Source of the DNA: Fibrobacterota bacterium | GTDB taxonomy: Bacteria > Fibrobacterota > Fibrobacteria > UBA11236 | NCBI GenBank assembly: GCA_947466585.1 | Contig: CANIEU010000008.1 | Location: 30,797 to 94,796 of the forward strand | Direction of reading: 5' to 3' | Length of the DNA stretch: 64,000 nucleotides | In this document: positions 27,690-39,245 of the stretch, one piece after another | How the letters are laid out: each line of letters starts with the position of its first letter | Numbering within the stretch: the first letter of the stretch is position 1 | Notes under the pieces: model-generated | Seen by the model: only the letters and a program-made list of their open reading frames with translations | The model's database searches: none | Told to the model about the DNA's origin: nothing | Program-made: the position numbers and the translations under genes

Positions 27690-27807
27690 TAGGTAGTCGT
27701 TAGACGGTAGTAGGTAGTAGGTAGTGAAAACAGGAAAACCGGAATCTCGAGATCACCTAAATACCCTTTTTGCGTTCCGCTACCGTCCACCGACTACCGT
27801 CTACCGT
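27690..27807. repeat. E4: inverted heptamer arrays (TAGGTAG/ACGGTAG and CTACCGT) in the ydcF-aroC divergent region; same family as E2
   Basis: Left TAGGTAG TCGTTAG ACGGTAG TAGGTAG TAGGTAG (27690-27724). Right CTACCGT CCACCGA CTACCGT CTACCGT (27780-27807). 55-nt spacer with central ATCTCGAGAT palindrome. Confidence 0.9.
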
Positions 27808-27832
27808 CTCCTGTGTTTTTATCTTCCCCCTC

Positions 27833-28927
27833 ATGTCCAGCCAATTCGGGTCCTTGTTCAAAATCGCCACCTTCGGCGAAAGCCACGGCCACGCCGTGGG
27901 CGTGGTGCTTGACGGCTGCCCCAGCGGGCTGGCCATCACAGAGGCCGACATCCAGGCAGACCTCGACCGTCGCCGCCCGGGCCAAAACCGCCTGACCACG
28001 CCGCGCAAAGAGGCCGACACCGTCCGCATTCTTTCTGGCCTGTTCGACGGCCGCACCACGGGCACGCCGATCGCGATGGTGGTGGAAAACACGGACCAAC
28101 GTTCGCACGATTACGGCGACATGCAGACCCTGTACCGCCCGTCGCATGCGGACTTCACTTACGATCTCAAGTACGGGTTCCGCGACTTCCGCGGCGGGGG
28201 ACGTTCCTCTGCGCGCGAAACCATCGGTCGCGTGGCGGCCGGCGCTGTGGCCCGCAAACTGTTGCGTGAAGCCTGCGGCACCGAGATCCTCGCCTACGTC
28301 TCCCAGGTCGCGGACGTCGAAACGACTATCGATCCTCTCACGGCCACGCTGGAACAAGTGGAAGCCTCGCTGGTGCGCTGCCCCGACCCCGAAGCTTCGG
28401 CGCGCATGGAAGCCGCCATCGACGCCGCGCGCAAGGATCAAGACAGCGTGGGCGGGGTGATCCAGCTCGCAATCAAAACCGCGCCCGGTGGCATCGGCGA
28501 ACCGGTGTTCCACCGGTTGGAGGCTGAGTTGGCGCGCGCGTTCCTCTCGCTGCCCGCTACCAAGGGGTTCGAGATCGGCAGCGGCTTCGCAGGCACGCGC
28601 CTGCGCGGCAGCGCCCACAACGATTTGTTCCATGGCCCCGCAGGCCACATCGGCACCGACACCAACCGCTCCGGCGGCGTGCAGGGCGGCATCACCAACG
28701 GCGAGCCGATTTTGTGCCGCGTGGCCTTCAAGCCCACGGCGACGATCTCGCAGCCGCAAAAGACGGTGGACAAGAACGGCAACGAAGCCGTGCTCAACGC
28801 CAAAGGACGCCACGATCCGTGCGTGCTCCCGCGTGCGGTGGTATTGGTCGAAACGATGGCCGCGCTGGTGCTGGCGGATTTGTTTCTCGAACAACGCGCC
28901 CGCCACGGGTTGTTCCCGGCACGCTGA
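27833..28927 (+). CDS. aroC: chorismate synthase
   Basis: [59 protein letters not shown] 27833. Confidence 0.93.
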   Translation: MSSQFGSLFKIATFGESHGHAVGVVLDGCPSGLAITEADIQADLDRRRPGQNRLTTPRKEADTVRILSGLFDGRTTGTPIAMVVENTDQRSHDYGDMQTLYRPSHADFTYDLKYGFRDFRGGGRSSARETIGRVAAGAVARKLLREACGTEILAYVSQVADVETTIDPLTATLEQVEASLVRCPDPEASARMEAAIDAARKDQDSVGGVIQLAIKTAPGGIGEPVFHRLEAELARAFLSLPATKGFEIGSGFAGTRLRGSAHNDLFHGPAGHIGTDTNRSGGVQGGITNGEPILCRVAFKPTATISQPQKTVDKNGNEAVLNAKGRHDPCVLPRAVVLVETMAALVLADLFLEQRARHGLFPAR

Positions 28928-28953
28928 TTTTCTGGGAAATTTTTAAGTCAAAG

Positions 28954-28993
28954 AAAAGGCGCATTCGGTTTTAACCGATGCGCCTTTTCTTTT
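28954..28993. terminator. bidirectional rho-independent terminator (aroC / SIMPL gene)
   Basis: GGCGCATTCGGTT / AACCGATGCGCC stem (one bulge) flanked by AAAA upstream and TTTTCTTTT downstream; lies between convergent genes. Confidence 0.75.
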
Positions 28994-29008
28994 CAATCAA
29001 TCCGCTTA

Positions 29009-29809
29009 TTACTCGGCCTTGGGCTGCCCCGGAGCAGGCGGCGCGGGCTGCGCTTTTTCGGGCGTAGGTTCGGCATCGCGACCTTCGCGCTTCAGGCGGT
29101 AATCCGCTTCTACCGAGGAGGAAAACACCAACGTACCCGGCTGCACCGGCATGCCGCCGCCACCGGCATCGGCGCGCAACATCTTAAACTCGCCCATCGG
29201 CATGGGGCCGGGACCCGAGGCGCCCGCCGTGCGGACTCCCGCGAGTTCGTCGCAACTGCGTTTGGCTGCGGTGCAGAGCGTACGCGCATTTTCCGCCGCA
29301 TTGCGCATGGCCAGAATACTCGCCGCGCGCACAAGGCTATCGGCCTTGGTGTGACGGAACTCCAGATTACCCACCGTATACACAGGCTTGTCCATCACAG
29401 CCTCGAGTAGTGCCTCAATTTTGGTGATGTCGAAGATCGTGATTTCCAGCGACTGACTTGCCGTGAAGCCGCGGAACTTACGCTTGCCTTCCACCCACTC
29501 GTATTCCGGATTGACGGAGATGCGTGTGGTGCGTACGTCGCGGATCGAGTCCCGCACGTATTTACGGGCCGCGCCCAAAATCTGATTCATGTCTTTGCGG
29601 GTATCGGAAGAGGCGCTGAGCGGCAAACTGCTGTTGTTCGACGCTTCGACCGTCAACATCGCCATGTCGGGCGCGATGCGGATCTCACCGACGCCCGAAA
29701 CCGTGACGCGGCCTTCGGGGCCGCCCGGCTGGGCTATCGCGATGCCGAGGCCGAGGGTCAGGCCGGCGAAAGCGACGGAAAGCAACACGCGTGAATAGTT
29801 GGATTTCAT
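29009..29809 (-). CDS. SIMPL (DUF541) domain periplasmic protein
   Basis: Signal peptide MKSNYSRVLLSVAFAGLTLGLGIAIAQ, VSGVGEIRIAPDMAMLTVEA typical SIMPL start. AAGGAG 5 nt upstream of ATG 29809. Confidence 0.8.
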   Translation of the reverse strand: MKSNYSRVLLSVAFAGLTLGLGIAIAQPGGPEGRVTVSGVGEIRIAPDMAMLTVEASNNSSLPLSASSDTRKDMNQILGAARKYVRDSIRDVRTTRISVNPEYEWVEGKRKFRGFTASQSLEITIFDITKIEALLEAVMDKPVYTVGNLEFRHTKADSLVRAASILAMRNAAENARTLCTAAKRSCDELAGVRTAGASGPGPMPMGEFKMLRADAGGGGMPVQPGTLVFSSSVEADYRLKREGRDAEPTPEKAQPAPPAPGQPKAE

Positions 29810-29948
29810 GAGGACTCCTTCAGTCTCAATAATAAAAGGCACTATTTACAATGCGAAAGCAAAGAAAAAGCGGATCGAAATAAGTGCCGGTCTCAGCGGA
29901 TTTCCGAGACGGTGGGGGTTCTTCCTGCGCGCGGGGCAGCGTATTCCA

Positions 29949-30428
29949 CTAGTTTCGACGCGTTTTCCAGTATTCATCAAAAAGCGCGTACTTCGCCTCT
30001 TCGGCCGACGGGTACATGCCCTTGAAGAACTTGTTATCGATGCGGCACGACCACAAGCCGTTCTGGAATTTAACGGGGAACACGCCCATGTTGACCCCTT
30101 CCACGTTGACCACCCAGTTGTCGCGCACGGAGAGGTACCAGTGGCGCGCGAGCCATTCGTCACGCGCAGCGCTTTTGTTGCGGATGCCCCGCTCCACGCG
30201 GCGCGGGTTCGCTTCGTCGCCGGTCATTTTTTCGGCGCAGGAGACGCATACGCCCAGCACTTCATCGAAGTTGTCGTGCTCCATGATGTGCACAAAGCGG
30301 ATGGTCACTTCTCCGCACATTTCGCAGACGATGGTCTTTTGACCGGTGTGCTTTTCCAGTAGGTCGGCGACTTCCATGCAGCGCCAGTCTTCCCGGGGCA
30401 CTTCGGGATTATCGATCATTCCGGGCAT
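29949..30428 (-). CDS. hypothetical Zn-ribbon protein with AP2-like C-terminal domain
   Basis: CEMC...CVSC four-Cys pattern. C-terminal GLWSCRIDNKFFKGMYPSAEEAKYALFDEY resembles AP2/HNH-associated DNA-binding domains (GxWxxxI...G.Y.s.eEA..A.D). No family recognised with certainty. Confidence 0.55.
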   Translation of the reverse strand: MPGMIDNPEVPREDWRCMEVADLLEKHTGQKTIVCEMCGEVTIRFVHIMEHDNFDEVLGVCVSCAEKMTGDEANPRRVERGIRNKSAARDEWLARHWYLSVRDNWVVNVEGVNMGVFPVKFQNGLWSCRIDNKFFKGMYPSAEEAKYALFDEYWKTRRN

Positions 30429-30547
30429 GTTTGGTTTCGAGAGAGGGGTTTCGGGTCAGAAAGTGAACGTCGGTGAAGATGAAATTTACACGAACCGCCG
30501 TACTTCCGGCGCCTACACACGGATGGCAAAAAATATTTCTCCGAATT

Positions 30548-30563
30548 TGTGACAGCGGTCACA
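30548..30563. promoter_or_regulatory. candidate operator palindrome upstream of hicAB
   Basis: TGTGAC-AGCG-GTCACA, perfect 6-bp arms, ~90 nt upstream of the hicA ATG. Confidence 0.3.
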
Positions 30564-30651
30564 GATTTTGGATTTGAATCTCCGACCGCATTTCCATTAT
30601 TCCCGGAATCACTTTTTCCAGGTTGCCATATGCAACTCATAGGTTGTATCT

Positions 30652-30849
30652 ATGTCCTGGTCTGGCAAGCAATTGGTCCGCCTGCTCGAAGCGAACGGGT
30701 GGATCTTGGATCGTATTCAGGGGAGCCACCATATCATGGAAAAACCTGGCTATCGCCCCGTCATCGTGCCCATGCATGGAAACAAGGACATTCAGCCTCA
30801 TTTCGCCAAGAGCATTCTCAAGCAAGCGGGACTCAAGGATATGTTTTAA
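30652..30849 (+). CDS. hicA: type II toxin-antitoxin system HicA toxin (mRNA interferase)
   Basis: 65 aa, KQLVRLLEANGWILDRIQGSHHIMEKPG...VPMHGNKDI typical HicA. Confidence 0.9.
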   Translation: MSWSGKQLVRLLEANGWILDRIQGSHHIMEKPGYRPVIVPMHGNKDIQPHFAKSILKQAGLKDMF

Positions 30850-31265
30850 TGGAATACTTTGCGCGCATCCGGAAAGTGAAAGGGGAGCACTTCGTTTACT
30901 TTCCCGACATGCCGAACGTCTTGACCTATGGATTTACTCACGAACACGCATTGGAAATGGCCGAGGAGGCATTGAATGCCGTTCTGGAAGTGGATTTTGC
31001 CCGCGGCTTTGTACTTCCCTCTGCCACAAATTACGCAGGGAAACGGGCGTATTTCCCCATTTCGGTTTTGCCTCACATCGCCTTGGCTTATGAGTTGAAG
31101 GCTTTGCGCAAGAAGGAAACCCAGGTGGGCATCGCAAAGAAGCTGGGAATCAGCTATCAGGCCTACCAGAAACTTGAGAATCCACGCAAATGCAACCCGA
31201 CTGTGAAGACTTTGGAGAAGATCGGAGTGGCGTTGGGGAAACGGTTGGTGGTGGGTTTTCGGTGA
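30849..31265 (+). CDS. hicB: type II toxin-antitoxin system HicB antitoxin with XRE-type HTH
   Basis: ATG in TAATG overlap with the hicA stop. N-terminal HicB fold (YFARIRKVKGEHFVYFPDMPNVLTYGFTHEHALEMAEEAL). C-terminal HTH (TQVGIAKKLGISYQAYQKLENP). Confidence 0.88.
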   Translation: MEYFARIRKVKGEHFVYFPDMPNVLTYGFTHEHALEMAEEALNAVLEVDFARGFVLPSATNYAGKRAYFPISVLPHIALAYELKALRKKETQVGIAKKLGISYQAYQKLENPRKCNPTVKTLEKIGVALGKRLVVGFR

Positions 31266-31321
31266 CTCGAAATTCCGCTGCGGACCGAATATTCTAATCG
31301 TACTGTTATTATCATAACCTT

Positions 31322-32191
31322 ATGAACATGGTCCGATCTCGGCGGCGCTGGCTTTTTGGATTCGGAATGGTGTTGCTTGGCGCCTTCCTTTCCGGGTGTG
31401 CAGCACGGTACATCGAACGCGCCGACGCGCAGATCGCACAAGTTCCAGTCATTAACGGCGCAGTCCCTCAGGAAGCGGGCAGTGCGGTTTTTGTAGGCGC
31501 ACATGCAAACAGGTCAAACACTCATTCGCTGAGGACAACCACCAGAAACCGCCAACCTTACAACTATGGCGTCACGTGGAACCCGACTTCAATGGGGTTT
31601 AACTTCGGTGCACGCATCAATGCGAGTGACGGCAATCCGGGAAAAGTTTCCCTGATTGATCTGTTCGCTTATTTCGATGGAGATCCGCGAAGGTTTGCGA
31701 AAAATAATGCGGAGCTTATCGGCGCTGGAGTCACGACCTCCTACCAGGACTTCCGAATCCGATTGGCCACCGGAATCGGACGGCACCAGTATGACATCAA
31801 GACAATCCTAGTTAATGACCCTTCGTCGGAGCTACGCTCGCAAAATTGCGAAATCACCATTGATACTTCAGCCGGGAACCGTGCCTCACCGCTCTTCGTT
31901 TGGAGTGCCACCATCTGGCCTTCACCTTACGAAAAGGGTTCCTTCGCATTCGCGCCCTATATTGGCCTCCAGTATGGGCTCCAGCTTATTTCAGGCCAAA
32001 GTGCAACCTACGGAGGCTCACTTTTACTGCGGAATCCCATTTTCACGGTAGGCATTCGAAGCGATTGGAGTTCGACCGCAATCGTAGCAGAGGTTCACGG
32101 TAAGGGCATTTATAACGCGCATGGAGGAACTTCCGTCTCCACCGCGGAAATACGGTTAGAACAATCGCTCAGAATTCACAAAAAACGTTAA
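31322..32191 (+). CDS. hypothetical lipoprotein
   Basis: Signal peptide with lipobox MVLLGAFLSGC; no recognisable family; AT-richer than surroundings. Confidence 0.6.
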   Translation: MNMVRSRRRWLFGFGMVLLGAFLSGCAARYIERADAQIAQVPVINGAVPQEAGSAVFVGAHANRSNTHSLRTTTRNRQPYNYGVTWNPTSMGFNFGARINASDGNPGKVSLIDLFAYFDGDPRRFAKNNAELIGAGVTTSYQDFRIRLATGIGRHQYDIKTILVNDPSSELRSQNCEITIDTSAGNRASPLFVWSATIWPSPYEKGSFAFAPYIGLQYGLQLISGQSATYGGSLLLRNPIFTVGIRSDWSSTAIVAEVHGKGIYNAHGGTSVSTAEIRLEQSLRIHKKR

Positions 32192-32203
32192 CAATCATCG
32201 CGC

Positions 32204-35192
<2,989 letters not shown>

Positions 35193-35221
35193 TTACACCG
35201 TGATTCAATTCCCGCCGACCG

Positions 35222-35509
35222 CTACCGCAGCCGGATTTCGCGGACGATGTCCGCGCCCAATATTCCGTTCGCCCGCTGGCGGATGGCCTCTTGCTGGTAA
35301 TGGAGCTCGTTGCGCCACACCGCCGCCTCCACCTTCACGTGCAGCACAAAGTCTTTGAGCGACTCCAGCGCGGCGACCTTAGCCGCCGGGCCGCCCACGA
35401 CCTCGACCCAACGATCACGCAGCTTCTGCTCATGCAGCAGAAACCCGAGACCCTGCGCCCGCAGCGCCTCGTGCAGCGCCCCGCCGATCGGGATCGGAGA
35501 GCCGCCCAT
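35222..35509 (-). CDS. DUF721 (DciA-like) protein
   Basis: 95 aa between recF and gyrB; LRDRWVEVVGGPAAKVAALESLKDFVLHVKVEAAVWRNELHYQQEAI matches the DUF721 pattern and position. Confidence 0.75.
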   Translation of the reverse strand: MGGSPIPIGGALHEALRAQGLGFLLHEQKLRDRWVEVVGGPAAKVAALESLKDFVLHVKVEAAVWRNELHYQQEAIRQRANGILGADIVREIRLR

Positions 35510-36709
35510 TCAGGCCGCTCCGTCTTCGCGTTCGGCTTGCGCCGGCTGTACTTTCCCTTTTTCCATCCGCACCACGGCCTCCACGGCAAAGGGCAAATCT
35601 TCGCGGCGCGGAGTGGCGATGAACGCCTGACCCCGCCCTGCGATGAGGGCCCCGAAACGCTCGCGGCGCCCGGGATCGAGTTCGGCGAAAACGTCGTCGA
35701 GCAGGAGGATGGGAGGCAGTCCCGTCGTCTCCTCGAGCAACCGCGCAGCGGCCAATTTCAAGGCCAGCGCGACGGAACGTTTTTGCCCTTGCGAGGCAAA
35801 TTCGCGCACCGATTTTTCGTCTAGAAAAGTTAGCAAATCGTCGCGGTGGGGACCGACCGAAGTGAGCCCGTTTTCGCGGTCGCGGACCCGCGATTCGCGC
35901 AGGCGGCCGGAAAGCATTTCAGCCAATAAAATCGGGGTTTCCGGCAATTCGGGCTTTCCGGAGATTCCGATAGAAAGCCCGAGAGTGAGGGCCTCGGCGC
36001 CGCCCCCGATTTCAGCATAAAAAGCCGCGGCCAACGGGGTCATTTTTTTCACCCATTCGCGCCGGCGCAGCAGGATGCCGGCGCCCGCCTCGGCGAGGGT
36101 CGCTTCGTAGGCTTCCAACAGGCCTTCGGTCTCGGCGCCGCCGCTCCACCGTAGGGCAGCGTTGCGTTGCCGCAGGGCCATCCGGTAGCGCCGCAGCACA
36201 TCCAAGGCGGACGGGTCGAGTTGGCAGAGCAGCACGTCCAAAAACCGGCGCCGCTCCTGGGGGCCGCCGCGCAGCAGATCGAGGTCTTCGGGCGTGAAGG
36301 CGACCAGCAACAGGTGGCCGAGCAAGTCACCCAGGCGGCGGCTTTCGAGGCCTTCCACGCGCACGCGTGAGCCGCTTTCGCGGTATTCCAGCGACTGAAT
36401 GTGGGCGCGCGTACCGATGGTTGCCTCACCGCGGATCACGAAGCCCGAGTCGGCGGGAGACTCCCAGGCAATCAGATCCTTGTCTTTGCGGGTGCGGGCC
36501 GAATGCGCGAGGGCGAGAAAGTGCACCGCTTCGAGAAAGTTGGATTTGCCGTGGCCGTTGGGTCCCACCACCAGATTGAGACCCGGCGACGGGTGCACGT
36601 CGAGCCCGTGGAGGTTGCGAAAATGATGGAGCGTCAGACGGTCGAGATGCACGACGGGAAAGGTAGGTTCGGGAGCCCCTGGAACGGGGTGCGGCGGGGT
36701 CCCCATCAC
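35510..36709 (-). CDS. recF: DNA replication/repair protein RecF
   Basis: LTLHHFRNL...LNLVVGPNGHGKSNFLEAVHFLA (Walker A), SQGQKRSVALALKLA (signature), ILLLDDVFAELD (Walker B). Confidence 0.92.
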   Translation of the reverse strand: MMGTPPHPVPGAPEPTFPVVHLDRLTLHHFRNLHGLDVHPSPGLNLVVGPNGHGKSNFLEAVHFLALAHSARTRKDKDLIAWESPADSGFVIRGEATIGTRAHIQSLEYRESGSRVRVEGLESRRLGDLLGHLLLVAFTPEDLDLLRGGPQERRRFLDVLLCQLDPSALDVLRRYRMALRQRNAALRWSGGAETEGLLEAYEATLAEAGAGILLRRREWVKKMTPLAAAFYAEIGGGAEALTLGLSIGISGKPELPETPILLAEMLSGRLRESRVRDRENGLTSVGPHRDDLLTFLDEKSVREFASQGQKRSVALALKLAAARLLEETTGLPPILLLDDVFAELDPGRRERFGALIAGRGQAFIATPRREDLPFAVEAVVRMEKGKVQPAQAEREDGAA

Positions 36710-36715
36710 CCCCGA

Positions 36716-36970
36716 TCAGCCCTTAGGAACGGTCGTGGTATGTTCGGTTTCGTCAGCGGTAGCTTCCAAGGCCAGAAAGATCTCGCGCATGAAAAATGCG
36801 AGCGCGATGGCGAGGGAGGACAGACTGGAAAGGAAGAGAACCGCGACCAGCAAGCCTGCGGGAATGCCGACCACCGGCATTAAAAAGAGGCAGGCGACGA
36901 GCAGTACCGCCAGGAAAATGCACAAGGTGACGAACAGGATGGCGGACTGGATGAGGCGAGCCCGGTGCAT
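36716..36970 (-). CDS. small hypothetical membrane protein
   Basis: 84 aa, two or three hydrophobic helices; 6 nt upstream of the recF start; no family recognised. Confidence 0.4.
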   Translation of the reverse strand: MHRARLIQSAILFVTLCIFLAVLLVACLFLMPVVGIPAGLLVAVLFLSSLSSLAIALAFFMREIFLALEATADETEHTTTVPKG

Positions 36971-37151
36971 GATCGATACGATCTGCGCGTCTCTGATCGC
37001 GATCGAGGCGGTTCGAACGCGGGTTAGTGCGCACCCCGCGGCGCAGCATTTTCGCTTGCATGATTGCTTGCGTTGATGCTTATCGCCGCGTGGGATTTCG
37101 CGCGTTCGCGAAGAATCCCGAACATCCCTTTTTGGAGCGTGCCCGACCGAA

Positions 37152-37631
37152 TTAAAACGGAGGCTTTACGCCCGTACCCGTCTTGATGAACGTTTGCAGG
37201 CTTTCCAGGATGTAAAACTCCCAACCTGCTGAACAGTTCGTGTAGCATGCGATTTTGGGTGTGAGTCCGATATGCGTGAAGCGCACTGTGGCCTTCCCAT
37301 CACCTTCCAGGATCTCGAACCGGATGGTGGTGCCTTTCCACTCCTCTTTGTCTTCGACGAAGTGGATGCTCGACTCAAGCACTTCCCACTCCACCAATTT
37401 GCCGGGCACCAAGGTCTTGACCCGCTGCACGGTGCGGTGAAAATCCTTGTAGGTGTAGGTGAACAGAGCTCCGACGCGATCGTACTCTCCGGTATTTTCG
37501 CCGATCCACCAATCGGGCTCCCGCAGGATCGCATCGTACACTTCGAGCGGGGATTTTTCGACGGTGAAGGAGAGCCTCAGGTCTGCGGGAGGGTGAGCGG
37601 TCACGAGGCACCTCAATGGAAAATGGGGCAT
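37152..37631 (-). CDS. SRPBCC (AHSA1/START-like) domain protein
   Basis: LSFTVEKSPLEVYDAILREPDWW..., KLVEWEVLES..., TVRFTHIGL typical of the Activator-of-Hsp90-ATPase-homolog-like family. ATG 37631. Confidence 0.7.
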   Translation of the reverse strand: MPHFPLRCLVTAHPPADLRLSFTVEKSPLEVYDAILREPDWWIGENTGEYDRVGALFTYTYKDFHRTVQRVKTLVPGKLVEWEVLESSIHFVEDKEEWKGTTIRFEILEGDGKATVRFTHIGLTPKIACYTNCSAGWEFYILESLQTFIKTGTGVKPPF

Positions 37632-37686
37632 CAAGTATTTTGACTTGCAATTTGCAAGCATGGAAGCGCAAGAGCGTGGTCCAGGC

Positions 37687-37717
37687 AAAAAAAGACCGGC
37701 TCCTTGCGGGACCGGTC
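37687..37717 (-). terminator. rho-independent terminator after ferredoxin gene
   Basis: On the minus strand GACCGGTCCC-GCAA-GGAGCCGGTC hairpin followed by T7 (plus-strand A7 at 37687-37693). Confidence 0.75.
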
Positions 37718-37742
37718 TTTCAATAAAAGGCGGGAGTCGGAA

Positions 37743-37973
37743 TTACGCGGGGTTGTCGCGCTTGCCGCTGGCTTCGTATTCGATGGCGATGGTGCCGACG
37801 GGGCAGCCTTCGGCGGCCTCAAGGATCTGGTCGTTCAGCGCGAAGTCAGCGCCGCCTTTGACGATCATCTTCTCGGGAACTTCGAACACCTCGGGGCAGG
37901 TTGCCTCGCAGGCGCCGCACATGGTGCACTCGTTCTCGGATTCGTCCAGCCAAACCTTTGTAATCGTTGCCAT
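37743..37973 (-). CDS. small ferredoxin (single Fe-S cluster type)
   Basis: 76 aa, CTMCGACEATCPEVF ... CPVGTI cysteine pattern. Confidence 0.8.
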   Translation of the reverse strand: MATITKVWLDESENECTMCGACEATCPEVFEVPEKMIVKGGADFALNDQILEAAEGCPVGTIAIEYEASGKRDNPA

Positions 37974-38213
37974 GATGTTCTCCAGGGGCAGTGCGCGCGC
38001 CGAGGGTGAATACGGACTTCAAGGATCCGCGCGGCGCCAAAAAACGAATTCTGCCCCGTTTCCAGCCCGAAAAGTTACTTGAAAACGGGAGTCCATGGCA
38101 AGGAAAAGCCGCCCGAAACAAGCCGGAAGTTTGCGCAAACGTCACATGAACAGGTAGACAATGCGCCGGAAAAGCCCGAAAAGAGCGATTTGCACATGTT
38201 AAATTTTGTCTCC

Positions 38214-39245
38214 ATGAAACTTTCTGTCGGAATTTTAGGTGCCACCGGTCTCACCGGGGTCGAGTTGGTCCGGTTGCTGCTGCGGCATCCCGGGGTTGAG
38301 ATCGCGTGGATCAGTTCCGAATCGCAGGCGGGAACCGCCTATGCCAAGGTGTATCCCGGAGTGGGAGCGCGTTTGTCGCCTTCGGTGGCGACCTTGATTC
38401 CCATGGAACAAGCGCAAAAAACCGCACCCGATGCGGTGTTCTCCTGCCTGCCGCACGCGGCCTCCGCCGACGCCATCGAGCCGTTTTTGAATAACGGAAA
38501 AACGAAGGTGATCGACCTCTCCGCCGACTACCGTCTCGCCGAGGTGGCCGTCTATAACACCACCTATGCGCACGCGCATCCGCATCCGGAACGGATCCGT
38601 GACGCGGTGTACGGTTTGACCGAGGTGCACCGGGACGCGGTTGCGAAGACCCGGCTGGTGGCGAACCCCGGTTGTTACCCCACGTCGATCCTGCTTCCGC
38701 TCATCCCGCTGTTGCGCGCCGGCATCGTCTCGCCCGCAGGCCTCATCGCCGATTCGAAGTCGGGTGTTTCGGGCGCGGGCCGCAAGGCCACCGAGGGCAC
38801 GCATTTCTTTTTCGTGAACGAGAACTTCTCCGCCTACAAGGTGGCGAACACGCACCGGCATTTGCCCGAAATCGCCGAGCAGCTTGCCGGCGCGGCCGAT
38901 GTGGACGTCGCTCCCGTTTTCACTCCGCACCTTGTTCCCATGGAGCGGGGCATTCTCTCGACGATCTACGCCGACCTCTTGCCTGGAAAAACGGAATCCG
39001 ACGCGTTCGCCGCATGGGAGAAATTCTACGCGGGTTCGCCGTTCGTGCGGCCCGTCCGGGATCTGCCTTCCACCGCCGATGTGACGCGCACCAACGAGTG
39101 TCGCTTCGCCGCGCGCGCGATCGCCGGCACAAACAAACTGTTGATCGTTTCCGTGATCGACAATATGGTGAAGGGCGCTTCGGGCCAAGCCTTGCAGAAC
39201 ATGAACGTGATGTTTGGCTTGGATGAGACCTTGGGACTGGTGTGA
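38214..39245 (+). CDS. argC: N-acetyl-gamma-glutamyl-phosphate reductase
   Basis: SVGILGATGLTGVELVRLL, NPGCYPTS (catalytic Cys), DNMVKGASGQALQNMN. ATG 38214. Confidence 0.92.
   Translation: MKLSVGILGATGLTGVELVRLLLRHPGVEIAWISSESQAGTAYAKVYPGVGARLSPSVATLIPMEQAQKTAPDAVFSCLPHAASADAIEPFLNNGKTKVIDLSADYRLAEVAVYNTTYAHAHPHPERIRDAVYGLTEVHRDAVAKTRLVANPGCYPTSILLPLIPLLRAGIVSPAGLIADSKSGVSGAGRKATEGTHFFFVNENFSAYKVANTHRHLPEIAEQLAGAADVDVAPVFTPHLVPMERGILSTIYADLLPGKTESDAFAAWEKFYAGSPFVRPVRDLPSTADVTRTNECRFAARAIAGTNKLLIVSVIDNMVKGASGQALQNMNVMFGLDETLGLV

Noticed and set aside
26280-27807. CRISPR array, because of the many short repeats
   Set aside because: The units are 7 nt, contiguous without spacers, occur as inverted pairs, and no cas genes are present. 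This is not CRISPR architecture.
29838-29912. Two hairpins downstream of the Zn-ribbon gene (GGCACTATTT...AAATAAGTGCC with a 30-nt loop; CCGGTCTC...GAGACGG) as terminators
   Set aside because: The first has an atypically long loop. The second lacks a following T-run on the minus strand. This is insufficient to call a terminator without 3'-end data.
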